From an uncultured delta proteobacterium (lineage in GTDB: Bacteria > Desulfobacterota > Binatia > Bin18), in assembly GCA_963733195.1 (NCBI GenBank), contig CAVTCR010000010.1, positions 1 through 64,000 of the forward strand: DNA of 64,000 nt, given 5' to 3'. Every line of letters starts with the position of its first letter. The first letter of the stretch is position 1. The notes beneath the pieces are model-generated. The model made no database searches. It was given only the letters and a program-made list of their open reading frames with translations, and was not told the origin of the DNA. The position numbers and the translations under genes were made by a program. Below, piece by piece: positions 34,776-45,398 of the stretch.

Positions 34776-34885
34776 ATCACGGTGGCTCGCTCCCAAGTGA
34801 CGATTTGGACGACTCTGTCCTTAAGGGATGTGGAAAACAGAGTAGCCCCGAATAATAAGGCCAATTAGCTTAGAGAGGAGATCAA

Positions 34886-36624
34886 GTGATGAATACTCGC
34901 AATAATGCAATATTCGCCTTGCCGTTGTCTCCAGTCGTAGCGTTAATCGGCTGCATCGAAGAGCGATGGCGGCGACTGGGCCATCTCATGAACTCACGAA
35001 AGGTCGACCTATGCGCGCTTGCCACGGCGCTGATTGCCACGCTTGTTGCGCACACCGCCGGAGCGCAGCCGGCGACCTACCACGACGTCGCGGCGATGGA
35101 TGCCGCTATCGTCCGGTTGGACGGCGCCGCTGGTGGCCGGATGCAAGTCCACGACATCGGAACGACCGCGAACGGCCGGCCCGTACGCGCGGTTCACATC
35201 TCTGCCACTCCCAACCTTTACGGCACCGGGGCCGAGGCCAGCATGGCCGACAAGCCCGCACTGCTGATCGAGTGCGGTATGCACGCACGGGAGTGGGCTG
35301 GTCCCGAGCTGTGCCTGAAGTACCTTCAGACTTTTCCGCTCGCCCTCCTGCTCGATCCGATCCGCATTAACGACATTCTCGCGAACGCAGACATCTGGGT
35401 GATCCCGATGGTCAACCCCGATGGGCGCGCACGCGACGACACCGCCGGTGGCGACCGAAGAAGTACACCACGAACAACGACTCGTTTATGTGGCACGGTG
35501 GCGACGCGGCAGGCTGGCGCCCCAACGCGCAGGTTGTGTCGTGCGCACGAGTCCCTTCGGCGGGTACAGCGTCGGGATCGACATCGCCCGGAGCTTCTCC
35601 ACGGGTTGGAGCATCGCCAATCCTAACGATCCTGATATCAGAGAAGATAATTGTGAGAGCGACCATTTCCACGGCTACGCGCCCTTCCAGGCGCTTGAGG
35701 CGCAGATCCTGCGGCGCTTCGTCGACAACCGGATGATCTCGATGTCGCTCTCGGTCCACTCCAACGGCCAGTCGATGGGTATCCGTACCGCATCGCTCAA
35801 CGCGATCCGCGACAACGTGATCAACCTGTGGAACGCCAAGGTCCCCTCGCTCCCGCTCACGACGGGCGCAACCGGGTCGCAGGCTAGTGGGCCAGTTTCC
35901 CGCGTGGATGGCCGACACGTCCGAGCACACCCAATGAGCCCGACATTGGCACGCGCCGTGGCGCGTCGCACTGCTGATGGAGCTGCCACCGAAGGAAGAA
36001 GAGGATGAGAACGTTGACAACTACGCCCCGCCGTATCAGTACGACTCAAACGACAGCTCGAACGGGTTTCACCCAAGCGCGCAGGTTTTCCTCGACGAAA
36101 GCTGGCAAGGCTTCATCGCCAGCGTACAACATCTCGCCGAGCAGACCGCCGCCCCTGGTGCCCACTCACGCCCGACACCCTGACGCCGTCGGCGACATGC
36201 AGCCGCGACGTCGGCATTACCGGCGCGAAGATCGCGGTGTGTAACGACTGCGTCGGCACTCTCGCCGAGTCGCCGTTCGGCTACTACGGCTCTCGCCAGA
36301 CCAACACCGCCGGCTCCCGCCGCATCGTCTACCGCATCCAGAAAGCTTCGACAGCACTACGGCAGCGACGGTACAAGTGGCGGTCAGCATATCCTCGAAG
36401 CCGACCGGGTCTTAGTACTTCGGGGCGTACCCACGGATCTCGTTAACACGACGAGCTTCCCGGTGGCGCCGCTGGCTTCGGGGGCGGCGGCGACGGGCAG
36501 CGTACCGTTCACGTTCGTCGCCGGCCGCGATTACATCGTGAACATCAACGCGACGGCGACGTCGTACACCGACGAGACGAACACGCAGAATAACTACCGC
36601 CAGTTCCGCTTCATCGTTCCGTAG
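34886..36624 (+). CDS. Secreted M14-family zinc carboxypeptidase with C-terminal beta domain (multiple frameshifts)
   Basis: GTTANGRP, CGMHAREW, IPMVNPDG, GIDIARSF, SVHSNG, LMELP across frames; ends ETNTQNNYRQFRFIVP*. Confidence 0.8.
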
Positions 36625-36825
36625 GGGTAGTGCCGCAGGCGGGCGTACGCCGGTCGAGACTTCCGTGCGCGTGGGGCGGCTGAATCTCCGCGGCTGGCGC
36701 GTCGACGGGTGGAGCGACGACGGTGGAAATGTGATGACGAGTACGTGTCCATAGCGCATCGAGAAAACTTCTTGTGACCTACATCAACAATTTCTAGGTA
36801 TGAGTTCGAGAAAGGACATGCGACA

Positions 36826-37223
36826 ATGAAACTACGACTCTTCTTCTTATTGGCTACCCTCTTCGCTTTCCTAACAGCGCCAGTGCAAGCGCAGCATCCT
36901 GAAGAAATACGCAGGGTCGCTGACACGGAATGGGAAGCCGCTCGTCAGGAAAACGATCCCATCGAATTTGTCCTTCCCGTTCACTGCCCCACTCGGCTCC
37001 AATAAAGGGAGTCGTTGAAAGGGACATGTCATTCTTCACCTCACCGCTCCACTCGGTTCCACGAAAGGGAGCATCACAGGCGCTGCGGTGCTTCAGTTCA
37101 CTCCTCCCATCGGTTCCGACAAGGGAACCGCTTACTGGGCTCATCGAAGGCGTCGCTGAGTGCGGCGATACTGGGAGTCTGCCGGGCAGAGATGGTTCTT
37201 TCCGCCACACGCTATCAGCATAA
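36826..37223 (+). CDS. Small secreted hypothetical protein with three TxP(L/I)GSxKG repeats (frameshifted)
   Basis: AAAGGA RBS; signal peptide MKLRLFFLLATLFAFLTAPVQA; first frame stops at 37005, repeats lie in other frames. Confidence 0.5.
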
Positions 37224-37419
37224 CCAAACTGATCTGGAATTCTTAGCTGATCAGGGGAGTTTGATATCACCACGCGTGAGTGGTTCAGCCTGAGTTTCAT
37301 CTTGCCATATCTTGAGCAGGACAATTGAACGGTTAACAAAAATTTCCGTTCCAATTATTGCTGGCATGACGCGGGGCGACCAACTGGTCGCCCCGTTGCT
37401 TTTTGTGCCCTGCCGAAAT

Positions 37420-37502
37420 CCCACAACTTTCCCACAACTCTCCCACAACTTCCTGGGTGTTTTCGAGCGTCTTCTGCTTCTCAAGACATCACCCCTGCAG
37501 GA
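37420..37502 (+). promoter_or_regulatory. Conserved upstream element copy C: triple CCCACAAC, AAC-N18-CGTC, CCTGCAGG
   Basis: Repeat units at 37420, 37431, 37442. Confidence 0.75.
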
Positions 37503-37526
37503 AGTGTCAAATTCAATACAACCGTT

Positions 37527-37833
37527 ACAGAGGAGAAAAACCATGAAAGTAGTGAATATGTTGAAATCTGCTGGAGCCCTTGGTCGTACACGGTGGTGGA
37601 ACGACAACCGAGCCGACGACGTCTTGAGGGGGCTACCGCGCTGGTGGAGAAAAAAGAGCATTGCCGGCACGGCACGGTGTGCGACGCTGGTTGGTCTGAG
37701 TGTGTTAGTGGCCGCGCTGTGTCTGCAGCCATCACTGGCAGTCGCCGTCGAGGACGTGCCGTATGGCGAGGACGGTTCACCCCCCGACAATGACGCTCAG
37801 GCCGACACGGACGCGTCCAACGACGCAATCTTA
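37527..37833 (+). repeat. 307-bp leader duplication, copy 2
   Basis: Matches 28250-28556. Confidence 0.95.
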
Positions 37834-39198
37834 TCGGGAGTCGATCCTCATCCAGACGCAATCAACACGGCTACGTGTGACTACCACGACACGACTTCTC
37901 CCTACAGCGCAACGTACGCTGATTTTGCATCGAACCTCACAGGGCCGAAAGGAAACACTGGGTTGACAATCCAAAATCAAGTCGAGTATCACCACGTCGG
38001 CGGCGCGTCAGTCGTCATTATTGAAGATGGCAATATTACCCAACACCATTGGTATGGCTGTCGAGATCGGGCGACAGCCAGTCGCACCACGGCAAATACG
38101 ATCTATCAGGCTGCTTCGTTGTCGAAATTTGTCAGCTCGATCGGCCTTGTGATTGCCGACCGTAACGGGGTGGTCGATCTCGATCGCACTGTGCAGTCCT
38201 ACGCGAACAGCTATCCGGACAGCTTACTGGCGGAATGGGTAGATGACAAATTTCGCGGCAACACTGAGAGTTACCCACAGAGTATCCCCCTGCGCCGCTT
38301 ACTCAACCACACCGCGGGTCTTGATACCCACGGCATCGGCGCGTGGGACCCCAGCGATGTCCCGACTATGCGCGACATCATCATGGGCTCGAACGACTTC
38401 GACGGTTTCTTTGACGGTGGTGTAGAGCCGCTCTTTGCCCCGAAGGTTTCGATTGAATACTCCGGTGGCGGCTTCATCGTCGCCGAGCATATCCTTGAAC
38501 TGGAGTCACCCCTCTCGTTCAGGGAATACCTCAAACAAAACGTCCTTGATGCAGCAGGGTTGACACTGAGTACCTTTGACAAAGCACTGACGTCGATGAC
38601 CAATCTCGCGCGCCCTTTTAGCCGCACAGTCGGTGACTCCAGCGTTTTGCAGACTAACGTTAAAGCGGCAGGCGGGCTCTTGGCCAATGCGCGCGAGTAT
38701 GCCGAACTTGTTACGGCTCTCGTCAACGGCGGACTCACAGACAGTGGACATCGTGTGATGGTGCAGTCCGATATTAACACCATTCTGACGCCGGCCGCAC
38801 ACGGAGAGTCGACCTTCGCGCCATGTGCCACTCCAAGTGAGACCAACACAATAGAAACGCCGATCGTTATCAAGGGGATAGAGATCCCAGCCTCCACTTC
38901 TATAACCGAGACATGTGTAGGCGGTGAGTTTCGCCGCGTGCTCCTCGATGGCAGCGACTGGTCCGGGCTCGGAGTCGAACTCTCCACTACTGTCGAGTCA
39001 GACGGCTACCCGCGCACCGTCGATCACGGTGGCTCACAAACCGGTTCGCGCACTTACTTTAAGATCGATCGTCGCACCGGTGACGGCATCGTTATTATGA
39101 TCAACGGAACAGAAGAGTGGGTTGATGGCGACGGGTTCATCTATGGTGCTGAGCCGTTACTTGAGGAAATTAAAGTTGCGTATAATGCGGCATATTAA
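37543..39198 (+). CDS. Secreted serine hydrolase (beta-lactamase/class C-like family) with extended leader
   Basis: YQAASLSK (SxxK), LLNHTAGL, YSGGGF, AAGGL, HGGSQTG. Confidence 0.85.
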   Translation: MKVVNMLKSAGALGRTRWWNDNRADDVLRGLPRWWRKKSIAGTARCATLVGLSVLVAALCLQPSLAVAVEDVPYGEDGSPPDNDAQADTDASNDAILSGVDPHPDAINTATCDYHDTTSPYSATYADFASNLTGPKGNTGLTIQNQVEYHHVGGASVVIIEDGNITQHHWYGCRDRATASRTTANTIYQAASLSKFVSSIGLVIADRNGVVDLDRTVQSYANSYPDSLLAEWVDDKFRGNTESYPQSIPLRRLLNHTAGLDTHGIGAWDPSDVPTMRDIIMGSNDFDGFFDGGVEPLFAPKVSIEYSGGGFIVAEHILELESPLSFREYLKQNVLDAAGLTLSTFDKALTSMTNLARPFSRTVGDSSVLQTNVKAAGGLLANAREYAELVTALVNGGLTDSGHRVMVQSDINTILTPAAHGESTFAPCATPSETNTIETPIVIKGIEIPASTSITETCVGGEFRRVLLDGSDWSGLGVELSTTVESDGYPRTVDHGGSQTGSRTYFKIDRRTGDGIVIMINGTEEWVDGDGFIYGAEPLLEEIKVAYNAAY

Positions 39199-39281
39199 TC
39201 ATTAAAAGTGATAATCACAAAACCTTACCGACGCCCGCAATTTACTCTTTAACTTTTTCTTTCCCTGTAAGGAGATTAGCC

Positions 39282-39479
39282 ATGATACACAAAAAAGCCC
39301 AACAGCTTCTTCGCACTGCCGTGACACAATTCACCGTAGGTGGAGCCGCAGGTTCAGCGACTGTTGCTAGTGGCAACACACTGCGGGCGCGGTTTGCATT
39401 TACCAATTACTCGACCGAAAGTGTAAACGTTATTGGTACACATCACGATGCAGCTCATCAGGATTGTCATTCTGAGTAA
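39282..39479 (+). pseudogene. Short gene remnant ending in a REP-like repeat
   Basis: AGGAG RBS; 65-aa ORF with a beta-strand-like segment that runs into a palindromic repeat. Confidence 0.35.
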
Positions 39480-39525
39480 CGCGAAGAATCTCTCGGAGAG
39501 GTCCTTCGCTACGCTCAGAGTGATA
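39465..39525. repeat. REP-like palindromic element (TGTCATTCTGAG...GAAGAATCT...CTTCGCT...CTCAGAGTGATA)
   Basis: Nested inverted repeats between convergent units; related partial copy near 51659. Confidence 0.65.
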
Positions 39526-39692
39526 TTGCCCTGGGTTAATCTCTTATGGCTTGATTTCGCCGAAAACTGTATCAGAGTCGGGCCCTGAAATCTGGGTTTT
39601 CAGGGCCGCCTTGCGCGGAGAGGCACAGCTTATCTGCATCCTCAGCTCACCTTACTAAACCACCTTTGTCGCTTTGGTACGGATGTGGCGAC

Positions 39693-40661
39693 TCACGCCG
39701 CACATGCCTTGAGAGATTCTCGTTCGCCGAATTCTTGTGTGAATTGCTCGCGCAGGCGAAAGATACGGGAATAAACGGATCCAGTGGTTGCGTTCAGCAG
39801 TCGAGCGATGTCCTTATACGGGGGAGTCAATTTGTACGTCCGCAGCTCCTCGACAAGGCGTTCACGCTGGCGGATACGTTTGGCAAGAGTGTGTTCTAGA
39901 GCATGCTTTTGAGCCAGGAGTTTTTTACTGTCAACAAATATTTTCCCCAGCGGAAAGAAAACCTACCTGCCTATTAAGCTCTTGCAGCTCCTTTTGTCGC
40001 AGGACGATCCATCCCCACACCGAATCGAGTTCGTCACGCAGGCGAGCAAGCTTTTCATCTTTTTGTTTGAGATTGTCTTGCACCTCAGCTAGCAACATCA
40101 ACGTATCGTGAACGGTTCGTCCGGAGATGCTCTGCCAGCAAACAGATATCTTCCGAGTTCAGTGGATACTCCAACAGTGACAACAATTTGAGATGCAACT
40201 GTTCCTCTGGAGTAAGAGCCTTCAGGGTTTCGGTTGTCATCTCCATCAACATTTCGTCACTGCTCACTCTGTCGACAGCAATTGATCCAGGGAGAATGTC
40301 TTCTAGGGTCCGACTTCCATCGTCTGAATCATCGACTGGAGTTTGCAAGGATATTGTTTCGATTTCTTTGCGGGTTCGTCGCCATTCTACGAACAAGTGC
40401 TTCAACACGTAGTAGGATAGAAAGGTACGAAACTGAATACTGTTGCGACCTTCGAAGGTTTTGAGGCGGATAAATATACGGTCTTTATCAAAGACATAGA
40501 GGTAAAAATCGCCGGCCTCCTCGATTGGGGTTCCATAGATTTTTACTGGAAAGTTATAGATATCCTCACCATAGGTTTCCTGGAAACGTCTGCCGTGCAA
40601 CCGTATCACCTGCAGCGCATGCATTGAGGAACGCGCAGAGACCGACGTTGTCTTGGCGCAT
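39693..40661 (-). CDS. Atypical ECF-like sigma-70 factor with long insertion in region 4 (frameshifted)
   Basis: GGAGG RBS; ACAAGDTVARQTF, region 2-like RLKTFEGRNSIQFRTFLSYYVLKHLFVEWRR, LTPEEQLHLKL, and distal HTH YKDIARLLNATTGSVYSRIFRLR read manually near 39750-39818. Confidence 0.75.
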
Positions 40662-40906
40662 AGAGTAATGCACCTCCCTGAAGAGAGAGCTGGGTCATAT
40701 CATTGCTCTTTGTGGCTTGTGTAGTGCCGCGAGTTCGGCTTTCTAACCTCAGGAAGGAGCAATTTCTGGACCGTGCGGTTAGGAGATGTTGCCAGTAGAG
40801 AGAAGGGCCGGTCTCGATTATCGCTGATGTTGCGATTTCAGATAGCGAGGAAAATCCTGTGAGAAATCAGGCTTGTAAGCTTCTTAGGTAGGATACACCG
40901 CCTTCC

Positions 40907-43900
40907 TCAGCTCCCGCTCCGTAACTCCTCTAGCAGTGTTTTCGCCTCACGCAGGTCAGGAGTGTCAAATCCTTCAGAGAACCAACTGTAAACTTCAGAT
41001 AACATTGAGTGTGCAGCGTGTTGCCTCCCCTGTTGTTGCCAGAGGCGAGCAAGGCTCGATAGAGGCGCGCAGTTCTAAGGATTTCGCCTGTTGTTGCCGG
41101 GCAATGTCGATGGCCTTTAAGAAACAGGCTTCGGCTTCGCCTTGGGGGTCGGGAGTCGGGGACGGAGGTCAGTTATTGACTTCCTTGACTTTGCTCTGGA
41201 CTTGCTTTTGACTTGCTCTTGACTTGCCTGAAACTTGTTCGAGACTTGTTCGAGACTTGTTCGAGACTGTTGGAGGGTCAGTTCTCCCTGTAAGCCGATA
41301 CAACTCTGCCTCAAACGTCCGTTCCTCGGTTCGCTCAACCGGCAGCGACTGCGTCAGTGAGCGCTTGCAGCGCAGACTCGACCTGGCCGGTTTTGCTATA
41401 GGCGTCAACCAGCAACAGCTGATATGAAACCTCCCCAATCCTGACCCCTGCGACCTGCTGTCGTTTAAGCCCGGTCTGCATGAGGGCAATACCTTCGTCA
41501 CTCTTGCCCTGCATGACTAACGCCCATCCCTGAAGTACCATCCCCATCGCCAGCAAATGAACAAACCCGCACTCCTGAGCAAACGTGCGCGCTGCTTCGG
41601 CATGGCGCTCTACTGCTTGAAAGTCACGGCAACAGACATGGAGCGTCGCGGCTAAGTTCAACGCCAAAGCCCGGCCATAGGGGAACATCGTCTCGTGCGC
41701 CAGGGCTAATGCCTGACGACTGCACTCTCGCGCCTGGTCCGGGTAGCCCACTATCCACAACAGTACGGCAAGATGAGCGAGACTACTGGCACGTGGGTCT
41801 TGCCCCGTCAGAAAGACTTTCGGTTGCGGCAGTTGCGGATTGTACAACGCGAGACTTTGTTCAATATGTGGACGAGCCGCGTCAAACTCGCCTAGGTGAA
41901 ATAATGGCGTGCCGATCCCCAGGTGAGCCTCCGCTGCGAGTGCAGACATTCCGGTCCGCTCGACAAACTCCAGAAACTCCTGCGCTGCTGCGCGTCCGGC
42001 CTGCAGCTCACCGCGCAAGAGATGGAAATTCCGTAATCCCCACAGCGCCGCGAAACGTTGCGGTGAATCACCAACGACACGGCTCAGGTCACGAATTCGC
42101 CCGTACGCATGCTCTACCTCTGGCGCCGCGAAGCCTCGGGTATGCATCAACGAAAGACTAAGGCCAACCTGCAACGCCAGCTCTTGCTGCGTTCGTTCTG
42201 GAGACTCCGGGAAGTGCGACAGCAGCGCAATACCCTTGTTCAGATGATCGATGGCTTCCTGATAGGCGTAGGTCCACATCGCATTCTGCGCCGCTTGTCC
42301 GAGATACTGCACCGCACGGAGGAAATCTCGGCCCAGTTCAAAGTGCACGCCGAGTTCCACTGCCACTTCACCGACTCGGCTCTGATACGCCCGTTCGAGA
42401 CGTTCACCAATCCGTAGGTGCATCCCCACTCGTCGGCTTGGCGGCACATGTTCATACAAAACGTTCTGGTAAAGCGCATGAATGAAACGATAGCGCGCAA
42501 CGAATGTTCCGTCTGGCCACTCGGCAGTCCCAACCGCCTGGAGGAACTGCTCTCTCTGCGCCAAGTTCGCACATCGCATCTCAACAGCTTCATCGTCTCG
42601 TCCCAATCCCGCCGCGACGGTCGCGGCGGAAAACTCCATCCCCGCTACGCTCGCGGCCGTTAATACTTCTTGTTCCTCGGCGCCCAATTGTTCGATGTGG
42701 TGCTCGATCAATTGCCGCAGGCTCTCTGGCACCCCAATTGTTGCCCCGTCCAGCATCTGCCGCATGCGTTCTCCGTTCGCACTATCGAGCATCCCCTGTT
42801 GTTCCAGATAGTCAGTGACATTCACCATAAACAACGGATTTCCCTCGGCATGATGATAGACAAGCTGTCCCACGCCAGCGGGTAATGCTCTGTCAGCGAA
42901 CCGCCGGGTGAGATAGTGCTCGACCGCCTCGGCGGAGAGAAAACTCGGGGTGAGTTCATGGTAATGCCCAGCACGTTGGATTTGCACGCGCAGCTTTTTC
43001 AACGGATGGTCACCTCCAAGCGTTTCCAAAGATCGGGAGGTTCCGAGCACAAACAATCGAGCAGGTTCGGGACGAGCAGCAACGACAGCAAGCAACTCCA
43101 ATGTCGAATAATCACTCCACTGCAGATCTTCGAGACACAGAATAAACGGGCGCTCCACAGTCAGTGCTTCGAATGCCTCGGCCATTTCTCGTAACATCCG
43201 GTCACGGGTCGCTCCTCCGACCTGGCGCTGAAGTGTCTCGCGTTCCGCATCACTGAGTAACGCGGGCATGTGCACTAACCAGGTTGGGGCGTGGCGATGG
43301 AGCAACTTTAACATTTCGTCTTTTTCAGAACCCCGACAGAGTCGCCCAAAAGCTTCCAGCACCGGCATATACGGTTCTCCTGCGCCGTATTGCTCGATGC
43401 ATTGGCCCCGACCCAGCCAGGGAACAGGATTTGGGGTCTGGGATCTAGGATCTAGGAATTGGTCTTCTATTTTTGATTTTTGACTTTTGATTTTTGACTT
43501 TTGACTTTCTTCCTGCTTTTGTACTCCGAACTCTTCGGAACTCTGTACCCCGAACACAAAGGTGTCGACGAGGGCCGTTTTCCCAATCCCGGCTTCGCCA
43601 GTTACGAAGATAATCTGCCGCTCACCGCTACATGCTCGAGCAAACCATTGGTGAAGTTGTACAAGTTCGGTGTCACGACCAACGAAGTTCGGGGCTTGAG
43701 GCTTGAGGCTTGAGGCTTGAGGGAAGACAAAGGCAGTTTCTGTTTCTGACTTTTGCTCTTTGCCTTTTGCCTTTTGACTTTCCTCTTGTCCTGGACTTTG
43801 GACTCTGGACTCTGGACTCTGGACTTCCGCGATAAACCGATACCCTCGTCGATGCGCCGTCTCGATGTACTGCGGTGATTTGGCGTCGTCTTCTAAAGCT

Positions 43901-44181
43901 TTGCGTAACTCCTTGATACATGAGGTCAACGTACTGTGACTCACAATCGTATCTGGCCACACCGCGCGTAATAATTCACGCTTAGACACCAACTGACTTG
44001 GACGATGAGCTAGATGGCGTAGGACTGCGAAAGCTTTCCCGGTTAGTCGCACGACGTGTTGATTCCGCCACAGTTGCCCGTTTTGTGGGTCCAATCGATA
44101 GACACCGAAGTGCAGGACTTCGTGTGGTTGTGCTTGTGGTGCTTGCTCTGCAGCTGGGAAGTCTGTTCGCGTTTTCATCAT
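40907..44181 (-). CDS. OmpR-type wHTH + AAA ATPase + TPR regulator (3' frameshifts)
   Basis: FGVYRLDP, AFAVLRHL, ETAHRRGYRFIA, FVGRDTEL, GEAGIGKT, LEDLQWSD, EGNPLF, QQAKSLELRA...WFSEGFDT. Confidence 0.88.
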
Positions 44182-44326
44182 GCTGACATTCCTCCCTTTT
44201 CGTAACGACCTTTTTGGTCACGTATCCAACAGGGTGGGTACTTATAAAATAGAAAAATCTAAGTCTAGATTAACAGGGAAAGAGGACTCTCGCAGCCTCG
44301 GAGGTTCGCTGATAAGAGATACAACT

Positions 44327-44590
44327 ATGGACTTAGTTGAGATCTACCTCCGCATCCGACGTGAGGACATCGCCCTGCTCAAGTTTGTCGTCGAATCTTA
44401 TGAAGGGATTGGTATTGTCCGAACCATCGATAGGAAAAGAGCGACGGTAGCGATCTTGGCCATGCCTGACTTGGTTGATCATATTTGGGCAGTACTGGAA
44501 TCCCTGCGCGAAGACATGGAGTGGTATGAGATTCCAGCTCCAACAGAACAGGATGATTGGCTGATGGAAAGACTGAAAAATGAAGACTGA
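44327..44590 (+). CDS. DUF4911-like small protein
   Basis: IYLRIRREDIALLKFVVESYEGIGIVRTID pattern. Confidence 0.75.
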   Translation: MDLVEIYLRIRREDIALLKFVVESYEGIGIVRTIDRKRATVAILAMPDLVDHIWAVLESLREDMEWYEIPAPTEQDDWLMERLKNED

Positions 44591-44632
44591 AAAATGAAGA
44601 ATTACCGGTTTATTGCTTTTCGATTATCTCTT

Positions 44633-45397
44633 TCATTCTTCACTCTTCACTTTTAACTCTTTATTCTCCTCTCTTCTCGTGCCACACACATAGGCCACGC
44701 CAATACTCACAAGGTAGAGAAGCAACAGCGGACCAGCCAGTAAGAGCTGAGAGGCGACATCTGGTCCGGGAGTCAAGACGGCGGCCATAATGAAAATTCC
44801 CACAACCGAGTAGCGGAAAAAATCGAGCAACGTACGGTGAGTAATCAAGCCGACGCGAGTAAAGAAGAACGCCAGCACCGGCAACTCGAACGTAATGCCA
44901 AACGCTAGCAGCATACGTGAGGTGAAACTAAAATATTCGCTGATGCGCAACGTCGCCTGCACCCCAATCGTTTTGTACTCCTCAAGGAAAAATCTGTAGG
45001 CCACCGGCAAAACCACCATGTAGCAGAAACTCGCGCCGAGGAGAAAAAAGAGGCTCGCAAACAAGACGAAGGGAATCGCATAGCGTTTCTCGTTTTGGTA
45101 TAAGCCCGGTGCGACAAACTGCCAGAGCTGATAAAAAACGACTGGGCTCGCGGCAAAAATAGCGGCAATAAAGGCGACTTTGAGTTTGGCGAAAAAAGCC
45201 TCAGCTGGAGCGAGACCCACGACAGGTGGTGGATCAGGTAGTTGGTGTAAAGGCTGCAGGAGAAACGCAAACAAAGTTGTGACAAATGCATAGGTCGGCA
45301 CAAAGGCGACGACAACTGCTAGCAACGCCTTCACCAGACGCCACCGCAATTCTTCAAGATGACCCAAGAGCGGCATCGTACGGTCATCAAGGGCCAT
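44633..45397 (-). CDS. tatC: Twin-arginine translocase subunit TatC
   Basis: MPLLGHLEELRWRL, WQFVAPGLY..EK, FGITFELP, AAVLTPGPD. Confidence 0.95.
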   Translation of the reverse strand: MALDDRTMPLLGHLEELRWRLVKALLAVVVAFVPTYAFVTTLFAFLLQPLHQLPDPPPVVGLAPAEAFFAKLKVAFIAAIFAASPVVFYQLWQFVAPGLYQNEKRYAIPFVLFASLFFLLGASFCYMVVLPVAYRFFLEEYKTIGVQATLRISEYFSFTSRMLLAFGITFELPVLAFFFTRVGLITHRTLLDFFRYSVVGIFIMAAVLTPGPDVASQLLLAGPLLLLYLVSIGVAYVCGTRREENKELKVKSEE

Positions 45398-45398
45398 C

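Noticed and set aside
36983-37127. Three ~27-bp repeats with ~30-bp spacers resembling a mini-CRISPR
   Set aside because: Units differ mostly in a codon-like pattern and translate to a conserved peptide; no cas genes; spacing irregular.
37543-39198. Antibiotic-resistance beta-lactamase
   Set aside because: Only family-level SxxK motifs; YSG and HGG variants fit general esterase/peptidase members.
40741-40785. TTCTAAC...GTTAGGA as an attC site between the regulator and the sigma gene
   Set aside because: Too short, core sites off consensus, no L-box pairing.
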